52,611 nt of DNA, taken from Flavobacteriales bacterium (GTDB lineage: Bacteria; Bacteroidota; Bacteroidia; Flavobacteriales_F; PHOS-HE28). The number at the start of each line of letters is the position of its first letter. The stretch's first letter is position 1. A program made the translations under genes and the position numbers. This document shows positions 17,001 through 25,040 of this stretch, one piece after another. The stretch spans positions 1 to 52,611 of the forward strand of contig JAGQVN010000156.1 in assembly GCA_020437905.1 (NCBI GenBank), given 5' to 3'. The notes under the pieces were generated by a model. The model was not told the origin of the DNA. It saw only the letters and a program-made list of their open reading frames with translations, and searched no databases.

Positions 17001-18404
17001 TTAGTTGGTGCGCGCTGCAGCCGCGCTCAATTCGTTCATCTCCCGGAGAAAACGTCCAGCCAGGTGATCGGCTTTTTCGCGGCTGTCACTTTCGGCATAA
17101 ACACGGATGATGGGCTCCGTATTGCTCTTTCTCAAATGCACCCATTCCTGGTCCATTTCGATGCGAAGGCCATCCACCGTGCTATGGGGATGATCCTTGT
17201 AGCGCAGCAGCATGCCGGCGATCAGTCCATCCACGTCGGTCCCGGGTGCAAGCTCGATCTTTTTCTTGCTGATGTGGAGGTCCGGATAGGTGGCACGCAA
17301 TGCTGAACAGCTCGAACCCGAACGTACGAGATGCGTGAGGAACAAGGCGATACCGACCAGTGCATCCCTGCCGAAATGCAACTCGGACAGGATCACGCCA
17401 CCATTCCCCTCACCGCCGATGGGTGCGTTCACCTCGCGCATGCGTTCCACCACATTCACTTCTCCCACGGCACTCGCGTGACGTTTCCGACCGTGCTTGT
17501 GGGCCACCACGTCCAGCGCGCGGGAGCTGCTCATATTGCTTACGGTATCACCCTGCCGATGGGCGAGTACAAGGTCGGCACACGCGACCAGGGTAAACTC
17601 CTCTCCGAACAGGGAACCATCTTCGCAGACCAGTGCCAACCGATCCACATCCGGATCCACGCTGATCCCGAGGTCCGCTCCTTCGGTGACAACCGTGTCG
17701 CACAGCTCGGTCAGGTGCTCAGGCAAGGGTTCCGGGTTATGCTGGAAATCACCATTGGGTTCGCAATGGATGCGTATGACCTGAGCACCGAGACGATCCA
17801 ACAACCGTGGTACGGCGATACCACCGACGCTGTTGACCGCATCCACCACGACCTTCGGTTTGCGCCGTGCGATCGCTTCCGCATCGACCAGGTCCAAGGC
17901 CAGGATCATATCGATGTGCCGGTCGGTCCAGCCTTGCTCCAGCGTGACCTTTCCGAGGGAATCCACGTCGACGAACTCGAAGGCCTCGTCCTCCGCGATC
18001 CGCAAGACCTCGGCCCCATCCATCGCACTGATGAACTCACCTTTCGAATTGAGGAGTTTCAGTGCGTTCCACTGCTTCGGGTTGTGACTAGCTGTTAGCA
18101 CGATCCCGGCATCAGCACCTTCTCCGGGAACGGCCAGTTCCACGGTTGGAGTGGTGGCCAGGCCCAGATCGATCACTTCAGCACCAAGGCCTACGAGGGT
18201 GCCTTTCACCAGATCGGCCACCATGGGGCCACTGATACGGGCATCCCTGCCCAGAAGGATCCGTGGGGCACGCTTGCCTGAACGCTGGGCGACCCAGGTC
18301 CCGAAAGCAGCGGTATACCGAACAACGTCCACCGGTGATAGACCATCACCAGGTGCACCTCCAATGGTGCCACGTATCCCGGATATGGATCGGATCAGGG
18401 TCAT
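17001..18404 (-). CDS. glmM: phosphoglucosamine mutase / phosphohexomutase family
   Basis: SGIRG N-terminus, active-site TASHNP, metal loop VDPDVDR and the four-domain length (467 aa). Confidence 0.85.
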   Translation of the reverse strand: MTLIRSISGIRGTIGGAPGDGLSPVDVVRYTAAFGTWVAQRSGKRAPRILLGRDARISGPMVADLVKGTLVGLGAEVIDLGLATTPTVELAVPGEGADAGIVLTASHNPKQWNALKLLNSKGEFISAMDGAEVLRIAEDEAFEFVDVDSLGKVTLEQGWTDRHIDMILALDLVDAEAIARRKPKVVVDAVNSVGGIAVPRLLDRLGAQVIRIHCEPNGDFQHNPEPLPEHLTELCDTVVTEGADLGISVDPDVDRLALVCEDGSLFGEEFTLVACADLVLAHRQGDTVSNMSSSRALDVVAHKHGRKRHASAVGEVNVVERMREVNAPIGGEGNGGVILSELHFGRDALVGIALFLTHLVRSGSSCSALRATYPDLHISKKKIELAPGTDVDGLIAGMLLRYKDHPHSTVDGLRIEMDQEWVHLRKSNTEPIIRVYAESDSREKADHLAGRFLREMNELSAAAARTN

Positions 18405-18441
18405 GTGCGTATCGCTAAGGTGCGGTTTCCCGTTGAGCGCT

Positions 18442-18449
18442 CAAAGGTA
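18442..18449 (-). promoter_or_regulatory. -7 promoter box (TACCTTTG) for glmM
   Basis: Plus-strand CAAAGGTA, 38 nt upstream of the ATG at 18404. Confidence 0.35.
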
Positions 18450-18538
18450 CCCATGTCATATGGCTGCCCAAGGTGAATGATGCACCTGACCGTGTTCATA
18501 TCTGTTCTTCCAACTCAGCGTCACCGGGTCGAACTACC

Positions 18539-18546
18539 TAACTTTG
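18539..18546 (+). promoter_or_regulatory. -7 promoter box (TAACTTTG) for the TPR-comA operon
   Basis: TAnnTTTG match 26 nt upstream of the ATG at 18572. Confidence 0.4.
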
Positions 18547-18571
18547 ACCAAGTACCCTGATACGATCCTGA

Positions 18572-19984
18572 ATGAGCGAAGGAGCCCACCCACACCCTGA
18601 CCGCGAGGACGATCGGATCGACCATGTCCAGCGTTTCGAGGCCATGCTCAGCAACAACGACGAGTATTTTTTTGACGTTGAAGCCTTCGAGCAGATCATT
18701 GAGCACTATCTGGACATGAGCGAGCCAAGGAAGGCGCGGCAAGTATTGGACTACGCCCGGGTGCAGCATCCCGGTTCGGTGGACCTCCTTTTCTGCGAGG
18801 CGCAGGTGCACATGAGCACCGGCAAGCTCACGGCTGCGCTCGACGTGTTGGAGAAGATCGAAAAGTTGGAGCCGTACAACGAGGATGTGCACCTGCACAA
18901 AGCGGGGATCTACGGGCAGCTGCGCAATTACCGCAGGGCCATCGAGCATTATCGGAAGGCATTGGAGTTGGCTGATGAAGGCTTGGACGACATCTACCTG
19001 GACCTGGCGTTCGAATACGAGAATTGCGAGGAGTTCAGTGAAGCGATCCATTGTCTTCAACGAGCCCTGGAGGTCAATCCGGAGAACGAGGCGGTCCTGT
19101 ACGAGCTTGCCTACTGTTTCGATCTGGCCGGACGTCATGAATCCAGTGTGGTCTTCTTCCGTGAGTTCACGGACGAGCACCCGTATTCCTTTGTCGCCTG
19201 GTACAACCTGGGCAATTCCCTGAGCCGGTTGGGGCGTTATGATGAGAGCAATACTGCCCTGGACCTGTGCCTGGCCATTGAAGAGTCCTTCAGTTCGGCC
19301 CTGTTCAGCAAGGCACGGAACCTGGTCCAGGTGGGTGAGTTCGAACTGGCCGTATGCTGTTACCGGGAAACCCTTTCGATCGATGGAGCGCAAGCTGTGA
19401 CCTACAGTTACATCGCCGAATGCCTGGAGAAGCTGGAACGCTACAACGAAGCGCTGATCCACTACGACCAAGCGATCGCATTGGACCCGAATTGGGTCGA
19501 CGCCTGGATCGGACGTGGGATCGTGAACGAGCTGCTCTCCAGACCGAAAGAGGCGCTGGCGGATCTGGAACAGGCGGTGGAACGTGCCCCGAACCACGGG
19601 GATGCCTGGTATTTCTATGCAGGTGCCCTGGGTCGGGCGCAGCGCTTCGATGAATGCCTCGAAGCTTATACCAAACACAACTCGGTCGAACCGGAGAACC
19701 TCGAGGGATGGATGGACCATGCCGACCAATTATTGGCGCTGAAGGGCCCCGAAGCCGCGTTGCGCAAGCTCAGGGAAGGCGAATTGGTGCACAAACTGAA
19801 GCCTGCCTATAAGTATCGGTCGGTCAGTTATTTGATCCAATGCGGTCGTACGCAAGAGGCGTTGCTGGAACTGGAAGAGGCCCTGATGGCCGATCACCAA
19901 GCGCACAAGGAGCTGCTGGCCCATTATCCACCCGTGCTTGAGCTGCCACAGGTCATGCATTTGATCGAGCTCTACCAGCGATGA
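18572..19984 (+). CDS. tetratricopeptide-repeat (TPR) protein
   Basis: 470 aa of repeated 34-residue A/Y/L-patterned helices (…AIEHYRKALELADE…, …AIHCLQRALEVNPEN…, …ALIHYDQAIALDPNWVDAW…). Confidence 0.85.
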   Translation: MSEGAHPHPDREDDRIDHVQRFEAMLSNNDEYFFDVEAFEQIIEHYLDMSEPRKARQVLDYARVQHPGSVDLLFCEAQVHMSTGKLTAALDVLEKIEKLEPYNEDVHLHKAGIYGQLRNYRRAIEHYRKALELADEGLDDIYLDLAFEYENCEEFSEAIHCLQRALEVNPENEAVLYELAYCFDLAGRHESSVVFFREFTDEHPYSFVAWYNLGNSLSRLGRYDESNTALDLCLAIEESFSSALFSKARNLVQVGEFELAVCCYRETLSIDGAQAVTYSYIAECLEKLERYNEALIHYDQAIALDPNWVDAWIGRGIVNELLSRPKEALADLEQAVERAPNHGDAWYFYAGALGRAQRFDECLEAYTKHNSVEPENLEGWMDHADQLLALKGPEAALRKLREGELVHKLKPAYKYRSVSYLIQCGRTQEALLELEEALMADHQAHKELLAHYPPVLELPQVMHLIELYQR

Positions 19985-20778
19985 ACTTCAAGCTTACCCA
20001 TATTCCCGCCCGGTCCAAGAAACCACGGGAGGATGGGCTGACCATGGTCATGGACAAGGGCCTGTCGCTCAGGCAGGTGGAGGACCTGATCAGTACAGCG
20101 GAAAGCTTGATCGATCTGGTGAAATTGGGGTTCGGTACCGCGTACGTGACGAACGATCTGGAGAAGAAGGTCAAGCTGTACAAGCAGGCCGGTATCCGCC
20201 CTTACCTCGGGGGCACCCTGTTCGAGGCTTTTGTTGCCCGGGACAACTTCAGCGGTTATCGAAAACTGTTGGATTCGCTGGAACTGGACCTGGCGGAGGT
20301 ATCCGATGGTTCCATCGTACTGGCGCACAAGGAGAAATGTCGATACATCGAGCGCCTGGCCAAGGACCGGACCGTGCTCAGTGAGGTGGGAAGCAAGGAG
20401 TCCGGGATACTGATCAGCCCTGCCAAGTGGGTGCGCATGATGGAGACCGAGCTCAATAGCGGCAGCTGGAAGGTGATCGCAGAAGCCCGCGAAAGCGGCA
20501 CGGTCGGCATCTATCGTCCGAGTGGTCATGCACATACGGCCTTGGTGAACCGCATCCTCGCGAAGGTCCCCGGAGAGCGCATTCTCTGGGAAGCCCCCAT
20601 AAAAAGCCAGCAGGTCTGGTTCATCAAACAGCTCGGGGCGAACGTGAACCTGGGCAACATTGCCCCGGAAGAGGTCATACCCTTGGAGACCCTTCGCCTG
20701 GGGTTGCGGGGGGACACGTTCTTCGATCACCTGCCGGAAAAGGTGGCGTCCAAGCTTCAGCAAAAGGTGCCGGGCTAG
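19981..20778 (+). CDS. comA: (2R)-phospho-3-sulfolactate synthase (ComA family)
   Basis: PARSKKPREDGLTMVMDKGL…DLVKLGFGTAYV…YLGGTLFE blocks characteristic of the ComA TIM barrel. Its ATG overlaps the TPR stop (ATGA at 19981-19984). Confidence 0.8.
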   Translation: MNFKLTHIPARSKKPREDGLTMVMDKGLSLRQVEDLISTAESLIDLVKLGFGTAYVTNDLEKKVKLYKQAGIRPYLGGTLFEAFVARDNFSGYRKLLDSLELDLAEVSDGSIVLAHKEKCRYIERLAKDRTVLSEVGSKESGILISPAKWVRMMETELNSGSWKVIAEARESGTVGIYRPSGHAHTALVNRILAKVPGERILWEAPIKSQQVWFIKQLGANVNLGNIAPEEVIPLETLRLGLRGDTFFDHLPEKVASKLQQKVPG

Positions 20779-20795
20779 ATACCGATCAACGATCC

Positions 20796-21113
20796 ATGGA
20801 ACAGATCACGGCTGCCGAGCTCCAAGCCATGCGCGCGAAAGGTGATCCCTTTCAGCTCATCGACGTCAGGGAACCGTATGAAGCGGAACGGTGCTCCCTC
20901 GGAGGCACGTTGATCCCGATGGGTGAGATCACGCAACGGTTGGACGAGATCCGCCGGGACGTTCCCGTCGTATTCCACTGCCGGAGCGGGAAGCGGAGCG
21001 CTGCCGTGGTGCAGGCGCTTGAGGAACGATATGGCTTCGATGGCCTGCTCGATCTGAAAGGTGGGATCCTGGCCTATGCCGAGGACGTCGATCCTGAACT
21101 GAACTGTGATTGA
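20796..21113 (+). CDS. single-domain rhodanese-like sulfurtransferase
   Basis: LIDVREPYE and the active-site loop FHCRSGKRS. Confidence 0.85.
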   Translation: MEQITAAELQAMRAKGDPFQLIDVREPYEAERCSLGGTLIPMGEITQRLDEIRRDVPVVFHCRSGKRSAAVVQALEERYGFDGLLDLKGGILAYAEDVDPELNCD

Positions 21114-21157
21114 GGTGTTCCACTGGTACGTGCTTCACGGCCGACCCATGATGACCC

Positions 21158-21165
21158 TACCTTTG
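21158..21165 (+). promoter_or_regulatory. -7 promoter box (TACCTTTG) for the 489-aa gene
   Basis: TAnnTTTG match 20 nt upstream of the ATG at 21185. An AAGGAG lies at 21176-21181. Confidence 0.4.
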
Positions 21166-21184
21166 TCTTCATCGTAAGGAGATC

Positions 21185-22654
21185 ATGGCGATGTTCCACG
21201 ACCCGTCGCGGGTTCAGATGAGCCCGGCCCACAAGGCCAGGAAGATCAATTACGATCCCGACCTGTACGGCACCTTTGCCGAGATCGGTGCAGGACAGGA
21301 AACGGTACGCCACTTTTTCCGCGCCGGTGCCGCCTCCCAGACCATTGCCAAGGCGATGAGCGCCTACGACAAGGATTTCAGCAATGCCATCTATGGAGCG
21401 GAACCGAACAACCGGTTCGTTTGTGAGAGCCGCCTGAAGAACATGCTGAGCCATGAATACGGGCTCATCACGGAACGATTGGACCGTGCGGAACATCCGA
21501 CCCGAAAGTTCTTCACCTTCGCGAACACCATCGCGACCAGCACGTTCGAACGCCCGCATGGTGGGCATGGCTGGCTGGGGGTCCGGTTCCAAACCTCCCC
21601 CGAGCGTCCGACCAGCGATGTCATCATCCACGTCCGTCTCCACGATCCGGACATCAGTCTGCAACAGGAGAACCTCGGGAACCTCGGGGTGAACATCCTG
21701 CACGCGTGCCTGTTCAACCATGACGATCCCAACGAGATCATGACAGCCCTTTACGACAACGTGAGCCGTCACGTGGTCGAGGTGGATATGATCCAGATGA
21801 ACGGCCCCGATTTCTCACAAGTGGACAACCGGCTGCTCAGCCTTCAGCTGGTGAAGCGCGGTTTCACCGAAGCGGTCATCTTCGGCCCGGATGGCCAGAA
21901 CCTGCAGGCCAGTCAGGTCCTATACAAGAAGAACATCCTCGCCATCCGAGGCAGCTTCCGACCTGTCACCAAGGTGAACATCGACATGATCATGAACGGG
22001 TACAACATGTTCATCAAGGAACATCGTGTCGACCGAAGCAACATGCAGGTCCTGTTCGAGATCACCTTGAACAACCTACAGGCGGATACGGGAACGGTGG
22101 ATGAAAAGGATTTCATCGATCGGGCGGATATCCTGTGCTCACTGGGCCAGACGGTACTGATCAGCAATTATCAGGAGTATTACAAACTGGTCGAATACTT
22201 CAGCCGCTACACCAAGGCGCGCATGGGGCTGATCATGGGAGTGAACAACCTGGTGGAGGTGTTCAACGAAAAATACTACCGCCACTTGAACGGTGGGATG
22301 CTGGAAGCGTTCGGTATCCTCTTCACCAGGGACCTGAAGATCTACCTGTATCCGAGCAAAAGCGACGAGTCAAGTGAGTTGATGACCTCGGCGAACATGC
22401 CGGTGCATCCGCGATTGGCCCCGTTGTACGAATATCTGTTGTACAACAAGCGGATCACGGACATCGAGAACTTCGATCCATCGGTCCTCCACATCTTCTC
22501 CAGCCAGGTCCTTGACATGATCCGGACCGGTGTCGGGGGGTGGGAGGATCTGGTGCCGCCTTATGTGGACAGCATGATCAAGGACAACAAGTTGTTCGGA
22601 TACCGTCCCGATAAAGCCGGAAACGTGAGGCAAAAGCAGGGAACGGAGGCTTGA
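21185..22654 (+). CDS. conserved-looking soluble protein of unknown function (489 aa)
   Basis: Long ORF with normal composition, its own promoter box and a tight junction to the next gene. I recognise no catalytic or binding motif with confidence. Confidence 0.75.
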   Translation: MAMFHDPSRVQMSPAHKARKINYDPDLYGTFAEIGAGQETVRHFFRAGAASQTIAKAMSAYDKDFSNAIYGAEPNNRFVCESRLKNMLSHEYGLITERLDRAEHPTRKFFTFANTIATSTFERPHGGHGWLGVRFQTSPERPTSDVIIHVRLHDPDISLQQENLGNLGVNILHACLFNHDDPNEIMTALYDNVSRHVVEVDMIQMNGPDFSQVDNRLLSLQLVKRGFTEAVIFGPDGQNLQASQVLYKKNILAIRGSFRPVTKVNIDMIMNGYNMFIKEHRVDRSNMQVLFEITLNNLQADTGTVDEKDFIDRADILCSLGQTVLISNYQEYYKLVEYFSRYTKARMGLIMGVNNLVEVFNEKYYRHLNGGMLEAFGILFTRDLKIYLYPSKSDESSELMTSANMPVHPRLAPLYEYLLYNKRITDIENFDPSVLHIFSSQVLDMIRTGVGGWEDLVPPYVDSMIKDNKLFGYRPDKAGNVRQKQGTEA

Positions 22655-23571
22655 GCCTTTGGTCCATGGACCAGCGAGCACGGGAACAGTTCGAATTTCT
22701 GGGCCATCGTAGCGCGGTCTACGCACTTGCCCCACTGCCGGGAAAAGGAAAGTTCCTCAGCGCAGGTGGTGATGGACAGGTGATCAAGTGGGACCTGGAT
22801 CGCAGGGACCGAGGTGAGGTCATTGCCCGTGTGGATGAGGCCGTGTTCATGCTCCATGTGCTTCCCAAGCTCGAGTTGCTGGTGATCGGTACCGCCTCGG
22901 GCATGTTGCACGTGATCGACCTTGTACAGCGCGCGGAGGTCCGTGCATACAAAGTGCATGATCGGGGGATCTATGCCGCCGCCGCAATGCGGGAGGATAC
23001 CCTTGCGATCAGCGCTGGTGATGGGACCTTGAGCCTCTGGCGTGCGACCGTCAAGGGATCGCTCGACCTGTACCGACAGCTCCCTATCAGCGATGCCAAG
23101 TTGCGCGGGGTGACCTATCTACCCGACCTGCGATCCCTGGCCATAGCGGATGGCAATGGACCCATCCATGTATTGGAAGACACGGATTGGAACGAAAAAT
23201 GGACATTGCCCGGCCATGAAGGCGGAACACTTTGTACAGCCTGGCATCCGGCCCGATCGGTGCTTCTTTCGGGTGGCAAGGATGGCCATCTGCGTCTTTG
23301 GAAGCTGGATGGGCAGGGAGAAGCCTCGCTGGCCTTGCCTGCCCACCGTTCCGCGATCTACCAGGTCGCCTTTGATCGCAGTGGTGCCCTGTTCGCCACC
23401 GCTTCCCGGGATCGAACGGTCAAGATCTGGGACGCGATCCATCTGGAGGTCCTTCACCGATCGGAGAGGATCGGACACGGGCACACGCATAGCGTGAACG
23501 CGCTGATCCATGTGGACGGCTGTTGGATCAGCGGTGGGGATGACGGACGCGTGCAGGTGACGATGGCATGA
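22651..23571 (+). CDS. stand-alone WD40 beta-propeller protein
   Basis: Six or seven repeats ending in W/D-type dipeptides (GGDGQVIKWDL, AGDGTLSLWR, GGKDGHLRLWKL, SRDRTVKIWD, GGDDGRVQV). Starts either at a TTG at 22651 overlapping the previous TGA, or at the ATG at 22666. Confidence 0.8.
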   Translation: MSLWSMDQRAREQFEFLGHRSAVYALAPLPGKGKFLSAGGDGQVIKWDLDRRDRGEVIARVDEAVFMLHVLPKLELLVIGTASGMLHVIDLVQRAEVRAYKVHDRGIYAAAAMREDTLAISAGDGTLSLWRATVKGSLDLYRQLPISDAKLRGVTYLPDLRSLAIADGNGPIHVLEDTDWNEKWTLPGHEGGTLCTAWHPARSVLLSGGKDGHLRLWKLDGQGEASLALPAHRSAIYQVAFDRSGALFATASRDRTVKIWDAIHLEVLHRSERIGHGHTHSVNALIHVDGCWISGGDDGRVQVTMA

Positions 23572-23702
23572 GCCGACGCGACCATGCGATCGGATCATCC
23601 TGAAGGGTGGTTCATCCACATCTGCACCCCTCTCGCCACCATGCAGTAACTTCGAAGAGCGGAATTCTCGGTATGAACCCGGGATCCTGAAGAACTGTAG
23701 GA

Positions 23703-24383
23703 ATGGGGATCGTAACCATGGGCATCCCGCATCGCATCGCGATCGAGCTTGCCAAGGCACAGGGATGCAAGACGTTCATTGAAACGGGTACGTTCGAAGG
23801 CGGAACGACCCGGTGGGCCCGGAAGCACTTCGGGACCGTTCATACCATTGAACTATCCGAGCACTATCATGGCCTGTACAGCGCGGAACTGGAAAAGATC
23901 GGAGGTGTGCACGCTCATCTCGGAGATTCACGCAAGGTCCTCCCCGGTATCGTTGCAAGCCTGGGTGACACGCCAGCGATCCATTGGCTGGATGGGCATT
24001 GGAGCGGAGGAAGCACCTCTGGTGCGGCCGATCAGTGTCCCTTGATGGGCGAATTGGCGTGCATCGCTCACCGGACACAGGATGTCATTCTGATCGACGA
24101 CGCGCGCTTGTTCCTGAGCACACCGCAACGCCCGCATGATCCCGGGCAGTGGCCTTCGATGGTGGAGATCGTCACCATGCTTACGGCTGATGGAGCGAAA
24201 CGTGCGATCCAGGTCATCGATGACGTGATCTTCTGTGTGCCGAAGGGCGGAGAAGCAGAACAATGCCTGATCGACTATGCCCAGGAACGCTCGGCGGAAG
24301 CCTGGATTAGGTACAAGCGGGAGGCCCAGGGGCACCCGGCGAAGGCCTTGGCCAGGAAGATCCTTTCCAAGGTACGTTCCTGA
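23703..24383 (+). CDS. putative class I SAM-dependent methyltransferase-like protein
   Basis: FIETGTFEGGTT resembles the glycine-rich motif I, followed by an acidic beta-2 end (TIELSE) and ILIDDA (motif IV-like). The assignment is weak. Confidence 0.5.
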   Translation: MGIVTMGIPHRIAIELAKAQGCKTFIETGTFEGGTTRWARKHFGTVHTIELSEHYHGLYSAELEKIGGVHAHLGDSRKVLPGIVASLGDTPAIHWLDGHWSGGSTSGAADQCPLMGELACIAHRTQDVILIDDARLFLSTPQRPHDPGQWPSMVEIVTMLTADGAKRAIQVIDDVIFCVPKGGEAEQCLIDYAQERSAEAWIRYKREAQGHPAKALARKILSKVRS

Positions 24384-24408
24384 AAGAGGTACCGATCGAA
24401 GGGAACGG

Positions 24409-25032
24409 ATGAACGTCTTCGTGCTCTGTACCGGAAGGAGTGGTTCCGTCACATTCATCAAGGCGTGTCGGTCCATCCGGAACTTCAGCAGTGGACATGA
24501 GACCCGGCTGCACCAGGTCGGACCGGACAGGCTTGCCTATCCGCCCGATCATATCGAGGCCGACAATCGGTTGAGCTGGCATTTGGGGCAACTGGGAAGG
24601 AAATTCGGGGATCACGCATTCTACGTCCACCTGCTCAGGGACCGCGAGACCACCGCCAGGAGCTTCATGAAGCGCTTTGCCGATGAAGGAAGCATCATCC
24701 ATGCGTACTGCTCCGGGATCAAGATGATCGACCCGGAACGATTGAACGATGCCGAGCGGATGGAAATGTGCCTGGACTATGTGGACAGTGTGAACGCCAA
24801 CATCGCCCAGTTCATCCAAGGGCGACCGCAGCACCTGACCGTGGAACTGGAGCGCATCGAGCAGGATTTCCAGGAGTTCTGGGAACGGATAGGTGCTGAA
24901 GGGGACCTTTCGGACGCATTGGCACAATTACGTACTGCACACAACGCTTCTTCTGAACAGTCGCAGGCAGAACCTCTGCGCCAGTTGGGACACGACCTCA
25001 AACGCTCGATCCGGAAGCTGTTCCGGATCTAG
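24409..25032 (+). CDS. sulfotransferase-like P-loop protein
   Basis: The internal ATG at 24409 gives MNVFVLCTGRSGSVTF (5'-PSB-like loop) and HLLRDRETTARS (3'-PB-like RDxxxxxxS). The upstream part of the track ORF overlaps the previous gene. Confidence 0.55.
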   Translation: MNVFVLCTGRSGSVTFIKACRSIRNFSSGHETRLHQVGPDRLAYPPDHIEADNRLSWHLGQLGRKFGDHAFYVHLLRDRETTARSFMKRFADEGSIIHAYCSGIKMIDPERLNDAERMEMCLDYVDSVNANIAQFIQGRPQHLTVELERIEQDFQEFWERIGAEGDLSDALAQLRTAHNASSEQSQAEPLRQLGHDLKRSIRKLFRI

Positions 25033-25040
25033 GACAGCGC

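Noticed and set aside
18521-19729. 402-aa ORF antisense to the TPR gene. Similar long antisense ORFs occur at 47676-48731, 46715-47695, 44082-45068, 11782-12720, 37751-38620, 35947-36699, 14954-15721, 8168-9169 and 4356-4934.
   Set aside because: Each lies entirely opposite a gene with clear family motifs. The translations are Arg/Gly/Pro/His-rich with no recognisable domains. One of them (14954-15721) runs through the tRNA. This is the expected pattern for shadow ORFs in GC-rich DNA, where stop codons are rare on the antisense strand.
21176-21181. AAGGAG Shine-Dalgarno-like sequence before the 489-aa gene as a sign of foreign origin.
   Set aside because: It is a single occurrence with a suboptimal 3-nt spacing. 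The gene also carries a native-type TAnnTTTG box and has the same visible base composition as its neighbours.
21560-21580. HGGH in the 489-aa protein (…ERPHGGHGWLG…) as a possible HxGH nucleotidyltransferase motif.
   Set aside because: The surrounding sequence lacks the GxFxP context and Rossmann-like beta-alpha pattern of (H/T)xGH nucleotidyltransferases. It is most likely a chance tetrapeptide.
23597-23692. 9-bp direct repeat ATCCTGAAG at 23597-23605 and 23684-23692 in the spacer between the WD40 and methyltransferase-like genes.
   Set aside because: Only two copies of 9 bp, with no associated inverted repeats or ORF. This is compatible with chance in a 52-kb window.
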